From Macrostomum lignano (Eukaryota), in the NCBI GenBank assembly GCA_002269645.1, contig NIVC01003824.1, positions 1 to 64,000 on the forward strand: a DNA stretch of 64,000 bases. The letters run 5' to 3'. Position 1 is the stretch's first letter; the number at the start of each line of letters is the position of its first letter. The translations under genes were made by a program, and so were the position numbers. The notes beneath the pieces are model-generated. The model saw only the letters and a list, made by a program, of their open reading frames with translations. It ran no database searches and had not been told where the DNA came from. This document shows, one piece after another, positions 24,068 to 35,367 of this stretch.

Positions 24068-24484
24068 ATGGAGAAGTTCATCGGCACCTGGCGCCTGGAG
24101 TCGTCAGAGAATTTCGACGCCTACATGAAAGCAATCGGAGTTGGCTTTGTATTGCGCAAAGTTGGCAACACGGTCAAGCCGGATGTGCAGTTTTTGCGCA
24201 ACGAGGACGGCACCTGCACTATGAAGACCATCTCTACGTTTAAGAACTCGGAGATCACGTTTGAGTTGGACAAAGAGTTCGAAGAGACCACCATTGATGG
24301 TAGGAAGGTGCGGAGCACGATGACGATGACCGAGGGTGGCGAGCTGGTGCACAAGCAGGCCAGCGAGCCAGAGACCGTTATTGAACGCAAGCTGCAGGGC
24401 GATGGCGACAACGAGATGGTGTGCACAGTCAAGGCTGGTGACGTGGTCTGCACCCGTGCCTATAGGAAGCTTAATACGGCTTAA
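24068..24484 (+). CDS. FABP: fatty acid-binding protein (iLBP family), intronless
   Basis: GTWRLESSENFDAYMKAIGVG signature, FELDKEFEETTIDGRKV, ligand triad IER...RAY; AATAAA at ~24615. Confidence 0.95.
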   Translation: MEKFIGTWRLESSENFDAYMKAIGVGFVLRKVGNTVKPDVQFLRNEDGTCTMKTISTFKNSEITFELDKEFEETTIDGRKVRSTMTMTEGGELVHKQASEPETVIERKLQGDGDNEMVCTVKAGDVVCTRAYRKLNTA

Positions 24485-25876
24485 CTAAACTGCGTTGGTG
24501 GTAGTTTGAAAATTGAGAACTCTTCAAGAACGTCTTTTAGTAGAAGGCCGGCGCTGCACTCTCAACTTATTCGACTGTTTTTGCGATTATGAATATGCCC
24601 AGTTTCGTTCGTTCAATAAAATGTTAAATCCAATTTAAATTCGTGCCATAAGAACGCCTAGTTATAAGCATTTGTTAAATCTTGAACGTGCTCACTTATC
24701 TTGCTTGCCTTATTAGGCGTTCGAAAGCATTTTGTTAAACTAAGTCCCATTTTGGCGCGAATTTGAATCAGATTTAATTTAAGAAAAGGGACAGCATGAC
24801 TTCCGTTAGACAGTTAAAATGACAGTGCAGTGTATGCAACTACTACTAGTAGTCTTGCGAACACGCAGTATAATGTTATTAAAACTTAATTATTCTGATT
24901 GTTATTATTTACTCTGCTAATCCCAATGGCGTAAAAATGAATAAAAAGCGGAAATTATTGTCACAGCTTATATTAACTATTGGTCACGTTTATATAGTTT
25001 TTGTTTGTCTACTGTTTGTGTCCATTAATTTCTATAATATTTAATATCTTTAACAAGCTTGATACCTATTTATTCGCTTAAGTTGTGTTTCTTTTGTCAT
25101 CCTTAATTATTATTGCCGGTCGAACCATTACTACATGCTAATTGCTTTATGTTTTGCTTGTTCGCTTTTTCTGTCATTATACTCTTTCTAATCCAATGCT
25201 ACTTCAAGTAGGTCTTAAAAGTGTGGTAATCTATATGAGTTCAAATCGTTGTTTCTAGTCCATAACGCTATGAACGTTCAGTTGATGTGCAATATTGATG
25301 TCCCAAGTGCAATAAAATAGACACACGTTTTATCAGTCCATTTTAAAACAAGTTTGAATATTTTACTAGGTTACTGCTTTGGTTCAACACTTATTAAAAT
25401 GTTTCTTAGGCTTCCATGCTAGAATCTATATAGTAAATATGCGTTTTCGCAATCATTTTCAAGCGTGTTTACTTCATATAAAGTAGGTCAAAGTATTTCA
25501 ATAATAGTTGTCTAAGATCTAAGATCTAAGATCCCGCTTATCAGCAGATTTTTCGATAATTAGTTGATTTTCAGACCAACAAAGTTTTCAGTTTTCCAGT
25601 TTAAAAGGACTCAAATTTCCGATTGTTATAAAATCTCCTTATTTTTATGGACTAGTCGTTTTGTTATTAGTTACCTAAACAGCTTGCTTATTCCAGCTTA
25701 TATCTATAGTATCTATATATGTCTAAATATATATATAACGAAACGTTTAAAACAAAAGAAATGACCGCCTTTAACATCTTCAAGGTCGCAAAGCTAATAA
25801 CGGTCGGTTTATAAAAAGAAGTCTGCGAACAGTTACGCGCACAATAAATTTTTTTGACTTTCGATTTTAAAGTTAC

Positions 25877-27154
25877 CAGTGTTGGGCACTTCCGTTACCG
25901 AGTAACTTGCAAATGGTAACGCAAGTTACTTTTCCGTAAAGCGTTCCTTACGCAAGTTACTTTCCTATTTTGGTAACGGAGTAACGGTAAGTTACTCAAA
26001 TTTCGGAAGTCCGTTACAGTTACTTTGCAACAATCGCAATATTTAAATTTAAAACTGATATGCTTAGCTATTACTCCAGTTGTCACATTTTTAGCATTTT
26101 TCATTCCTAAATTCAAAACTAAGTGAATAATATCATACGGTATTACGCTGTAATTAATAAAGAAATACTTGAAACATGTTTTTACTTTGTTATTTTCGGT
26201 AAAATATTTTTGCTTTTCGTTTTAAGTTAATAAAAATATTTTGTTTAGTTCTTAGAAACAAACAACCAAAGAAAGAAATTCATCTGTAGTCTCCACAAAT
26301 CCACTCAGTGATCGACGTAGCCAGGAATTTTAATTTGGGGGGGGGGGCGGGTTGGCCTGGCTGGCCATGCCTCATGCCATTGCCAATTTTAGCGCCGCAG
26401 GCACTCATTTTAGCGCCGCAAGCACTCATTTAAGCGCCGCAAGCACTCATTTAAGCGCCGCAGGCACTCATTTAAGCGCCGCAGGCACTCAATCGCCTCA
26501 TGGTTTTTGGTACCCGCCACGCCCAACCCCACCCCCCCCCCCAGGTGGGGTGTCTTGCAGGTGGGGTGAAGTTGCCGCCCCAACGATTGTTAAGGCGGCC
26601 TCCCTAGCTACACCACTAAAGTCCACTGGCACTGCACTGCACTGCACAATTTAATATTAATGATAATAATTGAAAATAAATAAAAAGACTAGTAAAGCAG
26701 ACTATAGAGTGGAGTAAAGCCAGGTACTTATTACGAGCGATGTATTATCAAGGACAACTGAAGTTACGTTAAGTTGTCCTTGTGTATTATAACTTATAAT
26801 GTTATTAAAAATTAAATTGCGTTTTGCCTTTAACGTTTCTGACCTTCAGCTTCTTTTCTTTTTACGGAAAGGGCCTAAAGTGATTAAAATTTAATACAGT
26901 TACTGAAATTAATGTTGTTGTATTCTTCCTCCTGGCTTTCGCGATCATTTGTGCTGTTCCAGCGCATTTGCAATGTTAAAAAAGCAGAAAATTTTGTTAA
27001 TAACATAGGTAACGGAAGTAAGTAACGGAAGTAACTTAAAAGTTACCGGGTTTTTGTATAAAGTTACTAGGCTAACGTAAGTTACTTTTTATAAAGTGGT
27101 AACTTAAGTTACAGTAACGCAAGTTACTTTTTTTGAGTAACTTGCCCAACACTG
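25877..27154. mobile_element. non-autonomous hAT element, TIR CAGTGTTGGGCA, 8-bp TSD AAAGTTAC
   Basis: TSD at 25869-25876 and 27155-27162; dense subterminal GTAAC/GTTAC motifs at both ends. Confidence 0.9.
26306..26619. mobile_element. nested hAT-like MITE (CAGTG..CGTAGCCAGG / CTAGCTACACCACT) with internal 21-bp array
   Basis: imperfect TIRs, TSD AATCCACT/AGTCCACT, five AGCGCCGCAGGCACTCATTT units. Confidence 0.7.
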
Positions 27155-27214
27155 AAAGTTACTGTAGATTTAATGTTAGCTCCGTCAGCTCCATTTTATA
27201 CAATTTCTAGAATA

Positions 27215-27511
27215 CGAGGGGTGTCTCAGAAGTAGTGTCACTTTTGCTTGCTTCCACAAGTATTAATGTGTGTTTAAAAATCATATGCCTTAAAAGTTAG
27301 CGGCTTATTTTAGCTTTCATGCCACGAAAGTCCGATCTTTATAAGTGCTTCCTGCTGTAAGCAGCATGCATTTGTTCGCATACCCTTAGCCATAGAAATA
27401 CACACCGCATAGTGCTCGCTCAGAAGACAGCCACAAGTACAGCTGATCAAGCACAGAGTTAAACACACATTGAAGCAAGCAAACGTGACACTAATTCTGG
27501 GACACCCCTCG
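27215..27511. mobile_element. Tc1/mariner-type MITE, 297 bp
   Basis: TA|CGAGGGGTGTCTCAGAAGTAGTGTCAC ... GTGACACTAATTCTGGGACACCCCTCG|TA. Confidence 0.92.
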
Positions 27512-27939
27512 TAGTTTTTGAACCCGTTGTATTTACATGTACATTTGACATTGTCATGTACATGCCCTTTGATGAGCATATGATACCTTTTAGATTTAGC
27601 GCATATCATGCATATGGGGATAAATTTATATATAGTAACCAGTAATTTACTTTCAACTCGCCTTTACATTGCAAAAAAGTATTCAAAACAGTCGACTGCG
27701 TAAAAGCTGTTATTTTTAGGTTAGCTTGCAAAATCTATTCAGTTTGGTTTGACTTCCCGTATCTTGTTAGTACAAACTAACGACTGTCGTTATGTTTAAA
27801 GTTTACATCGCCAACTTTTTGTGGGCATTTTGAAAGGCCAACTTTCCATGATACACATTAACTTTGCAAATTGCGTCACTCGTTGCACAAAACAACGAGT
27901 TATTAGCTCGTTATTAGCTTTAATAACGAAAAATACCTA

Positions 27940-28365
27940 GTGAAAAAGCATCTCAAGATACACAGAGAAAGAGAACTTAGCCAAAAGCTAGAGAATCAGC
28001 AACATATTAAACTCTACAAAAACGCCTATCTCTACAAAAAAATCTGCAGGCCCGACCTTTCAGATTACTTTCCATGTACATTTAGAAACAAAAAATTCTT
28101 AACAACCCTCCTAAAACTGAAATGCGAGATTACACCCAACTTTTTTTCTCAAGAACCATGTAAAATGTGTGGAGCGCGAAATGGTTCTGACATTCTACAC
28201 TACTTGACCGAATGTCCACAAACTGAAGAGATCAGGAAAAAATACTTCTGTCAATTCCTCTTAAATAGCAATCAAATACACAAGATAGGATATGCTACAA
28301 ATGAAAAAAGAGTCAGAAAAGAACTCACTGGTGTAGCTAAAATATATGAAGTCATGAATAGCTAA
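27940..28365 (+). mobile_element. 5'-truncated LINE ORF2 C-terminus (CCHC region)
   Basis: LLKLKC...CKMCG...DILHYLTECPQTEEIRKKY, typical post-RT zinc-knuckle region of non-LTR elements. Confidence 0.7.
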
Positions 28366-30754
28366 AACAGTTAAACAAACTGAATCAGATACATTAGCAG
28401 TGTAACAAATCCGCTTTTCAGTTGTTTATTCATTTACTGTCTTTTTTAATTCCCTATTTAAATCGTCGTTATTCGTTAAACGTAAAGTTCTTTCGAAGTA
28501 TTGTTTATGTTCGTTTTTTCACGCTTTGAAATATCACGCGCTTTCAAAAATACTACATCTTTTTTTACAAACTCGCTTACCAAAGTAATCTCGCAATTAA
28601 AGCTATACCTCGTAATTTGTACTCATTTTTGTATTAATATTTATACTCGTTGTTAGTTATTAGTCGTCACTTTTCGTCCAAAAATACCGTAAAAATTCTG
28701 GCGCGCTTTCAAATACTTTATCTTTTACCATAACTCTAACTCTTACTACTACTAACTCGCGGCAAATCGTCTTTATAAACTTCTATTTCGAAAACTTTTC
28801 CAAATACATAGCTCTATAATATATTGGCCAAACAGGCTAATTGCCTGAGCCAAATTCTCTTACTACTACTAAAAACGAAACTGAAAAACCGAAACTTAAA
28901 TACTGATACTGATACTGTGTTATAAAATAAACTGTCTTGAAATGTCTTGGTTTAATTTTTTTGCATCTTTGCAAGCAAATATAACTAGACATTTTATCAC
29001 GTCTCATCCTTTTAATAAATATAGGTTGCTGTTGCAGTTTTAGTATTCATTCTCATTTAGCAGAATTTAATTTTTTTTTCAAATCATTTAACAGTTTCCT
29101 GCGTTACCTTAAATTACATTAATCAAGAACTCAATATCACGGTAAGCTTTGATTTATGTATTTTTTGTTTCTATAATTTATCTATTAGGCCCTAATACCT
29201 ATCTATGATATATCTACAATACAATAGACTAGAGATCATATCTGACAATGTGGCCATTGTGGGTTCTGGTTTGTAATTGAAAGTTGGCATATAGTTGGCA
29301 TAATGTTCTACTGACATATCATATTGGCTGTAAGTAATAAGAAACTTGGTTTAAACTTGCTTAAAATTTTTATTCATTTTTTTTTATTTTGGCATATATT
29401 CAATGCCATGCCACATAATGTCAATGAATAAAAATTGAGATTTCAAAATGTGCTTTTTGGCTTTGGTGGGTATACATAGGCACAAACAACCCTAAAAGCA
29501 ACACTAAGACTCCAAAAAGTCTTCATAGAACTTTTTGGAGTTGGTTGTAGAGACTATGATATGTATTTCCCATTCAGATATATTAATCATTTCTTTTATT
29601 AAATATATATTTATATATAAATAGATTTATATAAAATAAAATATTTATATAAAATAAATATTATTAATAATATTTTAATATTTGTTGTCTTAGAGTTATA
29701 ATTTATTTTAAAAGTTAAAGTCTGCTATCTATTGCACCTTGGCAAAAGCTATTGTGGTGCTATAATTTTGTGATAAGCATCTATAGCATCTAAGCATAAT
29801 GCATATAATTTATAAATTATAAATAAACCTATGCCTATAGTGCTTATCTATAGTATGCTAGGGCCTAATACTAGAATAAGTTTATTTGTATTTGCACCAT
29901 GAATTGGAACTATTTTTGTTAGCCCTACACTTTACTATGTTAGATATTTTTCTTTTTCTACTATTGCACCAGAATGTACTGATATAGCACACATTCAAGT
30001 TCAACCCTTTTTTGCTCTGAAATCTTCCTAACTATTGACCTGTGTCACTTATTTGCAGGATCTAAACTTGTACTCTAATAGGGCTTCATAATGCATAGGT
30101 ATACTATTAATATTAGTATTAATAAAACCAGAACCTACCATATTTAGTTTTCATTAAAGTCTAAGCCTTTATAGTAGGAACCAGATACTTTAGTATTAGT
30201 CAGTTTGGTAATAGTCATTTTAAAAAACATTTATTTTGGTGACAAGTTAGGGCCTACTTTGGTACTAAATATGTATGGAAGATTGAGTGTCTATTATTAA
30301 TAAGTTTTTATTTGTGTTTTTAAAGGTAATTAAAAATGATGCTTTATCATTGTTTTATTATTATTTCTTTAAATACCTTCTAGTTCTTGCTTTTATAGTT
30401 ATTGTTAATAATATATATTAATATCCACTTGAAAAAGCCCTTGGCACACTAGTATGGAATTTCTATATAAAATCAAAAATCAAAAGCAAAAGCTTTATTT
30501 TCATAGTTTTAGCTAGGCTTATGGGACATTTTTAAAGCTAAAATGCCATATGAAGAAAAAAGTTTGCATAGAAATATAATCAACTATATTCCATATTGCA
30601 AAGCATATAAATAAATGTTTTAAATTTTTTAACTTACACAAATTGCTAATTTTTGAATAAACTATGACTAACTTTCTATAGTAGTCTAAATTTTATCCTA
30701 TTATTTGCTTTATTGTTTTAAATATAAATATACCCTATTAATCCCATTTTAGGC

Positions 30755-33700
30755 ATGACATTTAGCTTCACAATTCTGGATGAGAACAAACTACAATTCA
30801 ATATATCAGTGCCAAACCATCTGTCAATTCAGTTCTATTCAGCATCTTGCAACAGCTCAATTGCACTTATTCCTCACAGTTTTGGCCTGTTGCAATTGGC
30901 TGATTTATTGAGTTCAGTAATAGGTTTTACATTGCCACCTAATAATCCAAGTGTGATACTAATTGACAAGGAAGGTCACTTAATGACAGTTAAAACTGAT
31001 GAAGATTTAAGGCAGGTCTACTATTGGCATAGGTAAGTGTGAATTTTTTTCACTAATCTCACTATAAAATAAGTCAAGTGCACCTGATTTATGATTTTTG
31101 ACTAGCTGATAGGTGGAACTATGATTTATGACTGACTGATGCACAGGTGCAGTTTTGATTTATGACTGACTGATGAGCAGGTACAGTTATGATTTATGAC
31201 TGACTGATAGGTGCAGTTATGATTTATGACTAACTGATAGACATGTGAAATTATGATTTATGACTGACTGATGCACATGTGCAGTTATGATTTTTGACTG
31301 ACTGATAGACAGGTTAATTTATGATTTATACCAAGCTTACAGAATATAGCTTTAATAACTAAACTATGTAATGACTTCTCCCACACTACGAAGTTTCGTT
31401 AAGCTGCACCAAACGCAGCAGCATCAGCAGCCGCAGACTCGGCAACGCTGGGGCCGTCTCCCGCATCACGTGACTGTCTGGCTGTGCGGCGGGGTCGCCC
31501 TGCTAGCGCCCAGAGCTCTGCAATTCGATGAGCTGACCTCCGCTTGTGCTGACATTCTGACTAGGCTTGGCCAGACCTGCGCTGTTGCCGGTGCCAACCT
31601 AGCACCCGAACTGCTCACCACAATGTCCAATGGGCAGTGTCAGTTGTGCTCCGAGAATTCTGTGTAAGCACACTGATAATTACCTGATTAGTATACAGAA
31701 TGGTGCGATGTGGTTTCGATTGAAACACCTCAAGCATTTGCATGCCAAATACGAGGCTTGTCTGGCAAATTGTCCCCAGAGTCGTTTTAGAGTAGCAGAC
31801 AATATCGCCCCAATAATCGACTCAAATTGACTCTTCTAGGCGACACTCATGGCCTGAGACTACCCTACGCTATGTAATGAGGCCTGAAAAATTTTCTCTT
31901 TTACCGACACCGGCATACTTTTGATGAATCCAGCGATTGCAAGTTGCAGGCTTGACTTAAGTGAATGACGAGGTAACAGAGGTATAGTGACAGAGCTGGA
32001 GACCAAAAATCGTGTCAATAATCACTTTGGATCGCCCCAATAATTGCCTTGGATCTCCACAATAATCGCCCTAAAATCGCCCCGATAATCGCCCTACAAA
32101 TTGCTTCGCCCAAATTGAAAAATCGCCCAAAAGTCGCCAATAATCAACCTAAAAATCGCTCTTATAATCGCCCCAATAATCACCCCAATAATCGCCCCAA
32201 TAATCGCCAAAATAATGACCACAATAATCGCCCCAATAATCGCCACATTAATCGCCCCAATAACCCCCCAATAATCGCCACAATAATCGCCACAATAATT
32301 GCCAAAATAATCGCCACAATAATCGCCGCAATAATCGCCCCAATAATCGCCGCAATAATCGCCGCAATAGTCGGCCCCAATAATCGCCCAAATAATGGCC
32401 TCAATAATCGCCCCAATAATCGCCTAAATAATCGCCACAATAGTCGCCCCAATAATCGCCCAAATAATCACCTTAATAATCGCCTCAATAATCGCCCAAA
32501 TAATCGTCCCAATAATCGCCCAAAAACCGATCCAATAATCGCCCCAATAATTGCCCAAATAATCGCCCCATTTATCGCCCAAATAATCGCCCCAATAATC
32601 GCCTAAATAATCACCACAATGGTCGCCCCAATAATCGCCCAAATAATCGCCTTAATAATCGCCCCAATAATCGCCCAAATAATCGTCCCAATAATCGCCC
32701 AAAAACCGATCCAATAATCGCCCTAATAATTGCCCAAATAATCGCCCCATTTATCGCCCAAATAATCGCCCAAATAATCGCCCCAATAATCGCGTCAATA
32801 GTCGCCCCAATAATCACCACAATAATCGCCCCAATAATCGCCCCAATAATCGCCCAAATAATCGCTTCAATAATCGCCTCAATAATCGCCCCAATAATCG
32901 CCCCAATAATCGCCACAATAATCGCCCCAATAATCCATCCGCATGCCACCCTGCAGCAGTTCGGGCATGCAAACAACCATTCGAAGCGAGTCCGCCTACG
33001 CCAGCATTCGCAGCTCGTCGTCTCCCTGCTGCTGCCAGTTTCAATTCTACAGTCAAGCAGGAGGCAGCGCTGGCTCCGTGCAGATGCCAAGTCAGCCAGC
33101 CTCAGCGGCAGCAGCCTGTTCTGCAGCTGCGGCTGAACCCGGCCAGTCTGAGGAAGCCCTGGCCGCTAGACAATGGTGCTTGGATGACTTTGACTTCGGT
33201 CAGGAAAGAAATTGCCTTGGCTTTGGTCAGTTTGGCACCGTGTACATGGCTATGTGCAAGTGAGCGGTGGGAGATGGGAAAGTGGGATGTGGGAGATGGG
33301 AGAGTGGGATGTGGGAGATGGGAGAGTGGAATGTGGGAGATGGGAGAGTGGGATGTGGGAGATGGGAAAGTGAGATGTGGGAGATGGGAGAGTGGGATGT
33401 GGGAGATGGGAGAGTGGGATGTGGGAGATGGGAAAGTGAGATGTGGGAGATGGGAGAGTGGGATGTGGGAGATGGGAGAGTGGGAGAGTGGGATATTGGA
33501 GATGGGAGAGTGGGAGATGGGAGATGGGAGAGTGGTAGATGGGAGATGAGAGATGGGAGAGTGGAGAGTGGGAGATGCAAGAGTAGGAGAGTGAAAGAAT
33601 GGGAGAGGGAGAGTTGGGAGAGTTGGAGACTGGGAGATGCGAGAGTGAGAGATAGGAGATGGCAGAGTGGAAGATAAGAGACTGGGAGATGGGAGACTGG

Positions 33701-34861
33701 GAGCTGAGAGATAGAAGATTGAGAGACAGGAAATGGGAGACTGGGAGAAGGAAGAGTGGGGATTGGAGAGTGGGAGATGGGTGAGTGAAAGAATGGGAGA
33801 AGGAGAGTTGGAGACTGAGAGATGGGAGAGTGAGAAATGGGAGAAGGAGAGTTGGAGACTGAGAGATGGGAGAGTGAGAAATGGGAGGATAGGAGAGTGG
33901 AAGATGGGAGAGTGAGAGATGGGAGAGTGGAAGATGGGAGAGTGAGAGATGGGAGAGTGGAAGATGGGAGAGTGAGAGATGGGAGAGTGGAAGATGGGAG
34001 AGTGAGAGATGGGAGAGTGGAAGATGGGAGAGTTGGAGACTGGGAGATGCGAGAGTGAGAGATGGCAGAGTGGAAGATAAGAGACTGGGAGATGGGAAAT
34101 GGGAAGTGAGAGATTGGAGATGGGAAAGTGGGAGAGTGGAAGATGGGAGACTGGGAGAGTGGAAGATGGGAGACTAGGAAATAGGAAAGTGGGAGAGTGG
34201 AAGATGGGAGAGTGGGAGATGGGAAAGTGGAAGAGTGGAAGATGGGAGAGTGGGAGATGGGAGACTGGGAGATGGGAGAGTGGGAGATGGGAGACTGGAA
34301 GATGGCAGAGTATAAGATGGGAGACTGGGAGATGGGAGAGTGGGAGACTGGAAGATGGGAGACTGGGAGAGTGAGAGATGGGCAAGAGGGAGATGGGGGA
34401 GCAAAAATGCAGACAGTATCAGCAGTCCTTAAGCCCCCACCCCCGGCCACTCAGGGTGACCAACAAGCCGGTCGCTCTGAAGTCCATCGACCTGTGCGCC
34501 CTCGGCAACATGGGCGGCAATGCTGGCCGCTTAGACGAGGCGGAGATCGAACGGCTGATGCTGGAGCTGAAGCTGCTGGCCGACTGCAGGCACGACAATA
34601 TCATCAGCTACCTGTGCTCGTTCTTTGAGCAGTCGCGGGGCCGGCTGTTCATCTGCACGGAGGTGATGGACGCCGGTTCGCTGGATAAGCTGGGGATCGC
34701 CGACGATCCAGTTCTCGGTTAGTCAGAGCTCTGTTGTGGTGCCTGTGTCTGCCTATCTGTGCCTGTGTCTGCCTATCTGTGCCTGTCTGTGCCTGTCCGT
34801 GTCTGTCTGTGCCTGTCTGTAGGTGTCTGTCGGTGTTTGTCTGCCTGTCTGTGCCTGTCTA

Positions 34862-34902
<41 letters not shown>

Positions 34903-34905
34903 GCC

Positions 34906-34946
<41 letters not shown>

Positions 34947-35005
34947 GCCTGTCTGTCTGTCTGTCTGCCTGTCTGTCTGCCTGTCTGTCTGCCTGTCTGT
35001 CTGCC

Positions 35006-35092
<87 letters not shown>

Positions 35093-35121
35093 GCCTGTCT
35101 GTCTGTCTGTCTGTATGTGCC

Positions 35122-35166
<45 letters not shown>

Positions 35167-35207
35167 GTCTGTCTGTCTGCCTGTCTGTCTGTCTGTCTGT
35201 ATGTGCC

Positions 35208-35260
<53 letters not shown>

Positions 35261-35277
35261 GTCTGTCTGTATGTGCC

Positions 35278-35312
<35 letters not shown>

Positions 35313-35313
35313 G

Positions 35314-35367
<54 letters not shown>

